A stretch of DNA of 64,000 bases from Eledone cirrhosa (lineage: Eukaryota): assembly GCA_964016885.1 (NCBI GenBank), contig OZ024743.1, positions 15,872,001 through 15,936,000 on the forward strand. The letters are read 5' to 3'. Shown here in pieces: positions 53,561 through 64,000 of the stretch. Each line of letters starts with the position of its first letter. Within the stretch, counting starts at the first letter, position 1. The notes under the pieces were generated by a model. That model was not told the origin of the DNA and did not search any database. It saw only the letters and a list, made by a program, of their open reading frames with translations. Made by a program: the position numbers and the translations under genes.

Positions 53561-56500
53561 TGAAAAAATTATAGTCGAAAAATTATAGAACAGAACACAG
53601 ACAGAAGCAGACGCAACAACGGACACGGGTTTCAAAAGTTTTGAACACAACAATCCCTACATCCCTTAGCAGCAGCAGCAGTAACAACAACACTAGTTAC
53701 TGGGGTTACTGGCCTTGTAAAACGAAAAACGCAAAGGAGAAAAAACAGACAAAAAATGGAAAGAAAAACTAAGTCAGACATTCAAACATTACAATGAAAC
53801 TTGTGTTTGTTTTTTTAGGTTTTTATCAATTTGTTTGTTTGTTTATTTATGTTCGTCTCCAGCGTGATGGTGCCACGCTAAAATCACCGAGGGCGGTGGG
53901 GTGTGATGAAATCACCGGTAGTTATGTAACCATACATTCACCAAACCACGATATGAGTGCTTAAATGTCGAACCTAAACAGTTCGAATAACGGTGAAGTG
54001 GAGACTGGAATGTCATGTGACAGACTCTCACTCAGCAGGTGCTCCCTGGCCATGGAGCAGGGACCTGGCTGTCATCCAAATACTGCTGGTGTTGGAGGAA
54101 GAGGAAGAAGGAAAGGGACCAGAACCATCTGGACGAAATAATTGAATAGAGCTGTTATGCATTGTTACCTGAAGAGTAACCCCAAGGAAAAAGGCTATAG
54201 GAAACGGATGCATAACATCTGGAACGAGATTGGTCTATTTAAATTAGATGAACAAAAATTGGCCGGACAGGCTCGCGTAATAAGAACTAATGGGTGGATA
54301 AGCGAGCTGGAACTGGAGGAACTGAGCAGAGAGATTAGGTTGGAAATGGAGAGTGGAGTATGCCAGGCAAACGAGCCAGTGGGAAATGAAGGTGAAGAGG
54401 TTGAGAGAATGGAGGAACCATCCGAAGCAGACAATGATCTGAATGCTGAAATAAATAATACCTGGAACAAAGATACGGACATTGAGGAAATGAATGCTGA
54501 TGGGCTAGGACAAAATTTGGTTGATATCCTAAACTTAGTGGTAGATGAAATGAACAATGATAGTGGGAAACCTATGAACCTAAGATTTGTAGAGAGGAAA
54601 AAGTTAAAAGAAACAACAGCTAAGGTAAACAAAGTCATCCCATACCTTGAGGCGAGGAGCCTTCACCAGTGCAACAATATCCTCAAAGCAACAGCAAATG
54701 CGGTGAGGAAATTACTTGGCATAAAAGCGAGAGGAAACAACAACAAGAAAGATCAGAACCTTGGTGGAAGGAAGGACTGAATGGTCAAATCAGGGAAATG
54801 AGAAATGACATTGGAAAGCTTGAGTCCCTATTGAATGGGACGCAAAAAAACATAGACACTAACAATAGACTGGAAATAAAGTACAAAACTAGGAGGAAAA
54901 AGCTAAATATTATCATAGAGGAACTGAAGCAACGCATTGTAGCAAAGAGTGCAAAAATTAGGCGATACGAGAGCAGAGTCAGTCAGTATAGACACAACCC
55001 CATGTTTTACAACAACCAGAAGATGTTGTTTGGACAGCTTGAGGGAAAGAAAGAGGCAACGATTGATCCCTGAGGCGGAACAAACTAAGACATTCTGGAG
55101 AGGAATATGGGAGCAGGATGTTAAACATAACGACCAGGCAGTGTGGATTGAGACAGTACAAAAGGAGATCAGTGAACAGGCACACCAACAAACTGATTTG
55201 AGTATTACAGTTGAAACTCTGAAGGGGCAGGCCAAAAAACTAACCAACTGGAAATCACCAGGCCCAGATGGTGTGCAGGGGTATTGGATTAAAAATATAA
55301 CATCCCTCCACCCGAAACTGACAACCATGTTAAATGACTGCTTGATATCAGGTGAGGTACCAGAGTGGTTGACAAAAGGTACCACAGTTCTGGTAATGAA
55401 AGACCGAATCAAGGGTAATAATGTCTGTCCGTAATGGGGAAACTGTTAACAAGCATTGTGTATGAGGAAATCTACCATCTGCTCCACACAAACAACTTGT
55501 TACCGGACGAACAGAAAGGATGCCGAAAGAAGTCACGTGGTACAAAGGACCAGTTACTTATTGATAAGATGGTAATGAGGAATTGCAAGAGGAGACACAC
55601 TGGTCTTGCCATGGGATGGATAGACTACAAAAAGGCATTTGACATAGTGCCTCATTCTTGGATCACCAAAATCCTAGAGATCTTCAAGGTGGCAGATAAC
55701 ATCAGACAGTTGTTGGGCAAAAGTATCAAGTCCTGGAAAACAGAGTTAACATCGGCTGGAGAATCCTTGGGAGGCGTGAAGATCAAGATAGGGATCTGCC
55801 AGGGAGATAGTCTGTCCCCTCTGTTGTTTGTCCTTGCCCTGATGCCCATTGACCATTATACTGTGATAAATGAGAGCAGGATACAAGTTGGGAATGAGAG
55901 AGCTTACCATCAATCATCTCCTCTTCATGGACGATCTTAAGCTCTTCGGGAAGAGTGAGAAGCAGTTGGATGTGCTTGTTGACACTGTCCGTATTTTCAG
56001 CAATGATATATGTATGCAATTTGGTATTAGTAAGTGTTGAGTCCTTGTGATGAAGAGCGGTAAATTGAGCAGAAGTAACGGAATCCAGGTACCAACAGGT
56101 GAGATGATAATGGAAATTGACACTGAAGAAAGATACAAATATTTAGGTGTTCTGGAGGCTGATGAAATCAAGAACAAAAAAATGAAGGAATTGATAAGAT
56201 CTGAATACATTCAACGAGTAAGGAGCGTATTAAAATCACATCTGAACAGTAGGAATGCCATAAGTCCAGTAAATTCCCGAAGCAGTGTCTATTATTAGGT
56301 ACAGTGCGGAATTCTGAGATGGAATGTTGCTGAACAAAAAGAAATAGATAGGAAGCTATTGACTATCTACATGCTCCACAAGAGGAGTGATGTCGATAGA
56401 CTCTACTTAAGGAGATCTCAAGGTGGAAGAGGTCTTATCAGCATAGCAGACTGTGTTCAGATGGAGAAAAACAACCTACACAAATACGTGACTGATAGTA

Positions 56501-57428
56501 GGGAGCCAATGCTCAGAATTTTACTGAAGGAGAGGACAATAGACCAGGGGATGTCCTAGGAGGAAATAACAACAAGGAGAAAGAGCAATCTTCATGAAAA
56601 ATCCCTTCATAGTACCTTCTTTGAGAAAACTGAATTTAGAGATCCACAGACATGGAACTGGTTGAGAAGAGGAGACCTCAAAAAGGCTACAGGAGGAATG
56701 CTAATGGCTGCGCAAGAGCAGGCCCTCAAAACGAAGTGGTTGAAGCACCATATCTACAAGGAGGAGGCTAGCCCACTGTGCAGGATCTGTGGAGAGAGAG
56801 AGGAGACTGTGGCTCACATTGTATCCGAGTGTAAACACCTAGCCCAGACTCACTATAAAGGCTGGAGAAATGATGTGATGGGCAGGGTGATCCACTAGCA
56901 CCTATGCAAAGTAAACAATTTACCACATTCTGAGAAGTGGTATGAGCATAAGCCAGAGGCGGTGATAGAAAACGATCAGGTGACGGTGCTGTGGGATTTT
57001 AGGATACAGACGGACAAGAAACTGGAACACAATAGACCTGACCTGGTGGTTTTGGACAAGGAAAAAAGATCGTGCCTGATTGTGGATGTGGCCTGCCCAT
57101 TCGACACGAGAGTGCAAGAGAAGGAGAGGGAGAAAATTTACCGATACCAGGACTTAAAGTGGGAGGTAAAAAGGATTTGAAACTGCCATGAAGTCAAAGT
57201 GGTCCCGATTGTCATAGGCGCACTAGGTACTATCTCAAAGAGTTTCCAGGGACGGTTAAAGAAAACTGGCCCCGCCCCGCTTTTTGAAACACTTCAAAAG
57301 GCATGCTTGCTGGGAACAGCAAGAACCCTCCGATACGTCCTGAATATCTGAGGTTGCAAGTAGTGGCTTGATATTCATTTCAACAAACTTTCCAGTTAAA
57401 TAACATCAATGACTGAGGCTCAAAGAAC

Positions 57429-57477
<49 letters not shown>

Positions 57478-58547
57478 TAGGGAAGAAGACGCACGAGGTG
57501 ACGGAGGTCATGAAATCGCTCCCGTAAGTTTTGAATTTTTAACATATTTAAATCATTTGTGAAATAACAACTCTTAGTACAAATGCTACGTAAAGCACCC
57601 GGCTTGAGCCCCAAAAAATTCGGACACAAAATATATTGTTATAAGGCTCAAATATTCAAATATTCAACTTTGTATTGTACACTGTATATCCCCCCCAAAA
57701 AATGGCTATAAATGGAAGAAGAAGAAGAACCCCCCCCCCTCCTCTCCTCTAGCTACACTATATAGGACAGCTAAACTCACCAACACCAGAAACTAGATAC
57801 ACCACCCACCCCATCATCTGTGTACACTAAACACAACAGCATTTTCACCTTCACCGCCACCGCTCACTACGGCCATCATTACCACCACTATCCCATCACC
57901 GCCGCCACCACCCCTTGACTCCTTCACTGCTGCTGCCACCGCTACAGCACCATCACTACAGTAATACGGTCGCATCACCGCCACCACTGCCTCGGTATCG
58001 ACATCACCACCACCACTGTCTCAGTATCGCCAACGCCGCCAGTCTCTGCTGGCTGCCACTTCCACATTATAGAATTCCTACTACTAACAAAGAGGAAGGC
58101 ATCAAAATATATAGATAGACTCAAAAGAAAAAAGAAAAAACAAACAACAAAACCAAAGCAGCACAGCAACAACAGCAAAAAACGAGAAAAACAAACAGAG
58201 AAAAACAAAAACAAAAAAAGAAACCCCAAAAACGTAAAGAAAATAAGAATGAAGAGAGAAGCAAGCGGACGGACAGAGAAGAGGGGGGAAAAAGTAAAAC
58301 TTAAAAAACAAAAACTAAGTCAGACATTCGAATACTACATTACAATGAAACTTATGCTTATTCATTTTTGGGGCCCTTTCTGCCCGTGTGTTTGTTTGTT
58401 TATGTGTGTTCGTATACAGCGTGGTGATAATGCCACACAAGGGCCAAGTGGGATGGCGGATCCACAGATGGCTATGTAAACATACATTCGCCAATCCTCG
58501 ATAAGAGTGTTTAAATATCGAACATAAACAGTTCGAATAACGGTGAA

Positions 58548-61343
58548 ATGGAGACTAGAACGTCATGTGACAGACTCTCACCCAACAGGTGCCCCCTGGC
58601 TCAGCAGCAGGAACCTGACTGTCAACCAAATACTGCTGATGTTGGAGGAAGAAGAAGAAGGAAAGGGGCCAGAACCAACTGGACGAAAGAATTGAATAGA
58701 ACTGTTATGCAATGCTACCTGAAAAGTAACCCCAAGGAGAGGGGCTACAGGAGACGGATGCATAACATCTGGAACGAGATTGGTTTATTTAAATTAGATG
58801 AACAAAAATTGGCCGGGCAGGCTCGGGTAATAAGAACTAATGGGTGGATAAGCGAGCTGGAACTGGAGGAACTGAGCAGAGAGAATGGCTTGGAGATGGC
58901 GGGTGTAGTATGCCAGCGATACGAGAACAGAGTCAGTCAGTATAAACAGAACCGCATGTTCGACAACAACCAGAGGATGCTGTTTGGACAGCTTGAGGGG
59001 AAAGAAAGGGGCAACGACTTGATCCCTGGGGCGGAACAAGCTAAAACATTCTGGAGAGGAATATGGGAGCAGGATGTTAGACACAATGCCCAGGCAGGGT
59101 GGATTGAGACAGTACAGAGGGAGATCGGTGAGCAGGCACAGCAACAGACTGATTTGAGTATCACAGTTGAAACTCTTAAGGGGCAAGCCAAAAAACTAAC
59201 CAACTGGAAATCACCAGGCCCAGATGGTGTGCAGGGGTATTGGATTAAACATTTAACATCCCTCCACCCGAAGCTGACGGCCATGTTCAATGACTGCTTG
59301 GTGTCGGGTGAGGTGCCAGAGTGGTTGACAAAAGGTACCACAGTTCTGATAATGAAAGACCGAATCAAGGGTAATGATGTTACCAACTATAGACCTATCA
59401 CATGTCTGCCCGTAATGTGGAAACTGTTGACGAGCATTGTGTCTGAGGAAATCTACCATCACCTCCACACAAACAACTTGTTACCGCACGAACAGAAAGG
59501 ATGCCGAAAGAAGTCACGTGGTACAAAGGACCAGTTGCTTATTGATAAGATGGTAATGGGGAATTGCAGGAGGAGACACACTGATCTTGCCATGGGATGG
59601 GTAGACTACAGAAAGGCATTTGACATGGTGCCTCATTCCTGGATCACCAAAAGCCTGGAGATCTTCAGGGTGGCAGATAACATCAGACAGTTGCTGGGCA
59701 GGAGTATGGGGTCCTGGGAGACAGAGTTGACATCAACTGGAGTATCCTTGGGAAGCATGAAGATCAAGAGAGGTATCTTCCAGGGAGATAGCCTGTCCCC
59801 TCTGTTGTTTGTCCTTGCCCTGATGCCCTTGACCATTATGCTGCGAAAAGTGAGAGCAGGATACAAGTTGGGAAGGGGAGAGCTTACCATCAATCACCTC
59901 CTCTTCATGGACGATCTTAAGCTCTTCGGGAAAAGTGAGAAGGAGTTGGGTGTGCTTGTTGACACTGTCCGTATTTTCAGCAGTGATATATGTATGCAGT
60001 TTGGTATTGGTAAATGTGGAGTCATTGTGATGAGGAGGGGTAGGTTGAGCAGAAGTAGCGGGATCCAGATACCAACAGGTGAGATGATAAAGGAAATTGA
60101 CTCTGAGGAAGGATACAAGTATTTGGGCGTTCTGGAGGCTGATGGCATAAAGAACAAAAAAATGAAGGAATTGTTAAGAACTGAATACATTCGGAGAGTA
60201 AGGAGCGTATTGAAGTCACATCTGAACAGCAGAAATGCCATAAGCGCAGTAAATTCCCGAGCTGTGTCTATTATTAGGTACAGTGCGGGAATTCTGAGAT
60301 GGAATGTTGCTGAACAAAAAGAAATGGATAGGAACACTAGGAAGCTATTGACTATCTACAACATGTTCCACAAGAGGAGTAATGTCGATAGACTCTACCT
60401 AAGGAGATCTGAGGGTGGAAGAGGTCTTATCAGCATAGAGGACTGTGTTCAGATGGAGAAAAACAACCTATACAAATACGTGACCTATAGTAAGGAGCCA
60501 ATGCTCAAAACTGTACTGAAGGAGGGGACAGTAGGCCAGGGGATGTCCAAGGAGGAAATAACATCAAGGAGGAAGAGCAGCCTTAAGAGAAAATCCCTTC
60601 ATAGTACCTTCTTTGAGAAAACTGGATTTAGAGATCCACAGACATGGAACTGGTTGAGAAGAGGAGACCTCAAAAAGGCTACAGAAGGAATGATAATGGC
60701 TGCGCAGGAGCAGGCCCTCAAAACGAAGTGGTTGAAGCACCATATTTACAAGGAGGAGGCTAGCCCACTGTGCAGGATCTGTGGAGAGAGAGAGGAGACT
60801 GTGGCTCACATTGTGTCCGAGTGTAAACACCTAGCCCAGACCCACTATAAGGGCTGGAGACACGATGTGATGGGCAGGGTGATCCACTGGCACCTGTGCA
60901 AAATAAACAATTTACCACATTCTGAGAAATGGTATGAGCATAGGCCGGAGGCGGTGATGGAGAACAATCAGGTGAAGGTGCTGTGGGATTTTAGGATACA
61001 GACGGACAAAAAACTGGAACACAATAGACCTGACCTGGTGGTTGTGGACAAAGAAAAAAGATCGTGTCTGATTGTGGATGTGGCATGCCCGTTCGACACG
61101 AGAGTGCAAGAGAAGGAGAGGGAGAAAATTAACCGATACCAGGACCTAAAGTGGGAGGTGAAAAGGATTTGGAACTGCCATGAAGTCAAAGTGATCCCGA
61201 TTGTCATAGGCGCACTGGGGACTATCTCCAAAAGTTTCCAGGGATGGTTAAAGAAAATCGGCCCCTTCACGCTTTTTGGAACGCTTCAAAAGGCATGCTT
61301 GCTTGGAACAGCAAGAACCCTCCGATACGTCCTGAATATCTGA
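58548..61343 (+). CDS. RT, CCHC and restriction-like endonuclease protein (931 aa; in-frame 597-nt deletion relative to copy 1)
   Basis: Uninterrupted ORF with [26 protein letters not shown] and RPDLVVVDK..IVDVACP..K..RY. Confidence 0.9.
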   Translation: METRTSCDRLSPNRCPLAQQQEPDCQPNTADVGGRRRRKGARTNWTKELNRTVMQCYLKSNPKERGYRRRMHNIWNEIGLFKLDEQKLAGQARVIRTNGWISELELEELSRENGLEMAGVVCQRYENRVSQYKQNRMFDNNQRMLFGQLEGKERGNDLIPGAEQAKTFWRGIWEQDVRHNAQAGWIETVQREIGEQAQQQTDLSITVETLKGQAKKLTNWKSPGPDGVQGYWIKHLTSLHPKLTAMFNDCLVSGEVPEWLTKGTTVLIMKDRIKGNDVTNYRPITCLPVMWKLLTSIVSEEIYHHLHTNNLLPHEQKGCRKKSRGTKDQLLIDKMVMGNCRRRHTDLAMGWVDYRKAFDMVPHSWITKSLEIFRVADNIRQLLGRSMGSWETELTSTGVSLGSMKIKRGIFQGDSLSPLLFVLALMPLTIMLRKVRAGYKLGRGELTINHLLFMDDLKLFGKSEKELGVLVDTVRIFSSDICMQFGIGKCGVIVMRRGRLSRSSGIQIPTGEMIKEIDSEEGYKYLGVLEADGIKNKKMKELLRTEYIRRVRSVLKSHLNSRNAISAVNSRAVSIIRYSAGILRWNVAEQKEMDRNTRKLLTIYNMFHKRSNVDRLYLRRSEGGRGLISIEDCVQMEKNNLYKYVTYSKEPMLKTVLKEGTVGQGMSKEEITSRRKSSLKRKSLHSTFFEKTGFRDPQTWNWLRRGDLKKATEGMIMAAQEQALKTKWLKHHIYKEEASPLCRICGEREETVAHIVSECKHLAQTHYKGWRHDVMGRVIHWHLCKINNLPHSEKWYEHRPEAVMENNQVKVLWDFRIQTDKKLEHNRPDLVVVDKEKRSCLIVDVACPFDTRVQEKEREKINRYQDLKWEVKRIWNCHEVKVIPIVIGALGTISKSFQGWLKKIGPFTLFGTLQKACLLGTARTLRYVLNI

Positions 61344-61369
61344 GGGTGCAGGTAGTGGCTTGATATTCA
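61333..61369 (+). other. Conserved 3' stem-loop spanning the stop codon (also at 34548-34584 and in copies 2 and 3)
   Basis: TGAATATC..GATATTCA outer stem with an inner G-U-rich stem. Confidence 0.65.
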
Positions 61370-61419
61370 TTTCAACGGACATCAATGACTGAGATTCAAG
61401 GAATAACAACAATAATAAT

Positions 61420-61474
61420 AATTGTTTCTACTTTAGGCACACAGCCAGCAAATTATCAGTGCATTACTGGTACT
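61420..61474 (-). mobile_element. SINE 3' fragment
   Basis: AATTGTTTCTACTTTAGGCAC..GCATTACTGGTAC. Confidence 0.75.
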
Positions 61475-61489
61475 ACTAATAATAATAAT

Positions 61490-61818
61490 GCTTTCTTTAT
61501 TAACCACAAGGGTTACAAAAAAGTAGACATTAAGGATAGTAAAGGACAATACAGGACGGTACAAATCGGCATTTCTGCGTGTGAAAAAACAGAGGATGTA
61601 ATAAAAATAACAATGAAAACTTCCCCAATAGGGGGGAGACTTCCGAAGGACATTTGTGGAGAAAGCCCATTAAAAGGCCACAGTGACCCTGACCACCAGG
61701 GAAAGTGCCATCTCCCAGTTTTCCACCTTTAATTTAAAGACACATACTAAGAGTAGGCCCATTCACTCGGGCCATACTTGCTTCTCTCACCCATCTTTCA
61801 ACAAAATGCTGGGAAGAG
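61490..61818 (-). mobile_element. Tx1-type 3' fragment
   Basis: HFVERW-type ORF2 end; CCCTTGTGGTTAATAAAGAAAGC-(ATT)n resembles the 41394 end. Confidence 0.7.
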
Positions 61819-61880
<62 letters not shown>

Positions 61881-61881
<1 letters not shown>

Positions 61882-62010
61882 TTTTCTTTATTAACCACAA
61901 GGGTTCACATAAAGTAGACATTAAGGACAGTACAGGACAATACAGGACGGTACAAATGGGCATTTCTGCGTGTAAAAAACAGAGGTTGAAATAAAATAAC
62001 AAAGAAAAAT
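61881..62010 (-). mobile_element. Second Tx1-type 3' fragment
   Basis: Near-copy of 61490-61615. Confidence 0.75.
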
Positions 62011-62048
62011 AATAATAATAATAATAAAAATAATAATAATAATAATAA

Positions 62049-62250
62049 CAAAAGATAGTACTAATGGGAACTGCCCATATACTAAGGAAGATTCTGTCAA
62101 TATAAGTACATCACAAGTCTAAACACTAAAGATGCATGTGTGAGTATGTATGTTCTTTCTTGAACATGGCGGACCTTGTTGTCTCTTGAGGTCACTGGTT
62201 GTGACTCGGTGATAACTCGTATGAACATAAAGCAAGATAAATGCAACTGA

Positions 62251-62252
<2 letters not shown>
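62049..62252 (+). mobile_element. 3' fragment of a different R4/Dong-type family
   Basis: QKIVLMGTAHILRKILSI* parallels QKACLLGTARTLRYVLNI*; GTCAC/GTGAC hairpin; (AAT)n flanks. Confidence 0.75.
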
Positions 62253-62311
<59 letters not shown>

Positions 62312-62427
62312 TCCGTTTACAATTACTTTACTTTATATTACTTTACTTTATATTCCTTATACTTTACTATACTTTATATTCCTTATTCCATCTTATCTTT
62401 ATCAATATTTTCATTATCACTTTTGAA

Positions 62428-62548
62428 GTTCTGAAGAGCCGCTCCATAATTTTACCTAAGTTACTTATCTTCATCTGAACCAGATCAATAATGATCTATA
62501 ATCAATTAATCCAGAAACACTATATTGAGTAGTGAAACAATTGTAAAC
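62428..62548 (+). ncRNA. Type I hammerhead candidate with a ~95-nt stem II domain
   Basis: gtt-CTGAAGA-gccgctccata..tattgagtagt-GAAA-CAATTG-TA-aac; palindromic stem III. Confidence 0.65.
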
Positions 62549-62589
62549 GGACATTATTATTATTATTGTTATTATTATTGTTATTATTG

Positions 62590-64000
62590 AATGCTATGGT
62601 TGACGGAGGCACGGCTCTGTAAGGTATTGTAAATTTTGACCGCTATAACAATTGTAAATTGTTTAAAACTTTAACCAAATTGTTGACAAAAACACCCTCC
62701 TCCTCGTGAGAGGGGTCTTTCTGCCCGTTATTTGGCCCTTCGGGGTTAAATAGCCGCTTATTGGGGTTTTGTGCCCAATATTTATTTTAAACAAAAAAAA
62801 CATGGCTACGAAAAACAATTTTCATAGGTCACTCCCACTCATTCCGTCTACTTCTTCCTCAATCGTCACTACAGCAGAGAGAAGATTGTCTCTCTCCCTC
62901 CCTTCTCTAAATGTGTCTCTCTTTCTCCTTCTCTTTCGCAAGCGACGCCAGTAAAGAAAAATCACGTAGAAAGCGTGCAACATTTCTCCACGACGACGAC
63001 GACAACGACTAAAAAAATGTGCGGGAAATACGAAAACCCATTTCATTCATCTGACGTCATGAATAATAGCAGTGGGAGCCGTAATAACAGCAGCAGCAGC
63101 AGCAGCAGCAACAGTGACAAGGAAAACAACAGTAGCAGCCGCAACATCATCAACAGCAGCATAAACAACTACAACATTAGCAGCAACAACAACAGCAGCA
63201 GCAGAAGCAGCAACAACAACAACAACCACAGCAACAGCGGCGGCGGCAGTAGCCGTAGTACCTGCAGCAACAACAAAAGTAACAGCAGCTCTGACGACAA
63301 CAACAACAGCAACAACAGCAGCAAAGAAAAACCAATCTCGTTTGCAGGTATCGCAAAGAACCTGGAAACCATCCTCATAACAAATCAGGAATTAGAGGAA
63401 GCGAAGAAGATGGTGACGGAAACCGGACACCGAGCAATCTGCAAGGCAGCCGAAACATTTTTCGAAACCCAACAGCACTGTACGGTCACGTACCGTACAG
63501 TAAGAACAAAATCCCGTAGGGTTGAAAGAGCCACAGAGGCTGCAATACAAAAAGCCTTAAGGTATGTGTGGCAGCGGAAAACGCATATCACCCGAGGCAA
63601 GAAATATGCCACCGTAGACGTGCTTTTTGCCACACCCCAGGAGGCAAAGGCTCAATCCTTAGTGACCCTAAGGAACGAGGAAATGGTTTTGGTGCCCTCC
63701 TACTGCGGGCAAAAAATTGTGAGGGTCAAACTATCCCCCCCCCCCGGGATTGCCCCTTCTTGGCTGGCCGCGTCTGTCCTCGTCGGAATCGAGGACTAAA
63801 GAACTGTACTGCAAGTACAGAAAAAAGTACGAGAAGATTGGGTCGGCACTTCCATTGAGATGTTAATCCAAACCAACAAGGAGTGCATCGAAGCTATCCC
63901 GGATGTGATAGACTTCGATAACGGCACTCAACTTCCCATAAGTGTTGAGGGCAAACGCCCGAAATGCTTTCGCTGTGGATCGAAGACTCACCTCAGGGCC
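62590..64000 (+). mobile_element. Tx1/L1-clade element, 5' part with disrupted ORF1; runs off the window
   Basis: ORF1 similar to 45838-46776 (SFA.., RGKKYATVDVLF, PSYCG..VRV, PP); GKRPKCFRCGSKTHL; preceded by (ATT)n. Confidence 0.85.

Larger units (their letters stand above)
47025..57425 (+). mobile_element. R4/Dong-type element, copy 3; leader holds a duplicated unit, a SINE and a nested Gypsy; body ~53990-57351 decayed
   Basis: Leader start AGGGAAGATACGCAC..CTCGTAAGT matches the other copies; 47208-47600 is duplicated at 53145-53500; RT and RLE motifs. Confidence 0.8.
57479..61401 (+). mobile_element. R4/Dong-type element, copy 4
   Basis: Same leader, ORF and 3' UTR; (AAT)n flanks. Confidence 0.93.

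Noticed and set aside
32049-61270. Recurrent antisense ORFs within the Dong copies
   Set aside because: By-products of sense-strand codon structure; they recur only because the copies are homologous
62697-62770. HDV-like ribozyme (CCTCCTCGTG motif)
   Set aside because: Could not place P1 or the P1.1 GG; simple hairpins explain the sequence

Overview
Eukaryotic, AT-rich DNA saturated with microsatellites, with no recognisable host gene. The repeat landscape suggests an invertebrate, probably a coleoid cephalopod (inference only). Most ORF-track entries are (TA/CA)n artefacts. 1-30 kb: two Penelope-like elements (PLEs, GIY-YIG), one nested in the ~2 kb inverted pseudo-LTR of the other; about a dozen intact or decayed minimal type I hammerhead ribozyme (HHR) motifs, several in fold-back mini-elements; RTE LINE fragments; and a tRNA-derived SINE. 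30-64 kb: a nest of retroelements in (AAT)n tracts, made of four co-oriented R4/Dong-type RLE non-LTR elements, two Tx1/L1-clade elements plus 3' fragments, SINEs, and a CsRN1-type Gypsy nested in a SINE inside a Dong leader. Two observations stand out. (1) Clustered, sense-strand A-to-G changes in Dong copies look like ADAR RNA editing written back into DNA by retrotransposition. (2) A conserved GTAAGT...T-tract-YAG pair brackets the hypervariable 5' leader of all four Dong copies, suggesting an intron-retaining non-LTR family. All calls are by eye; no searches or folding programs were run.
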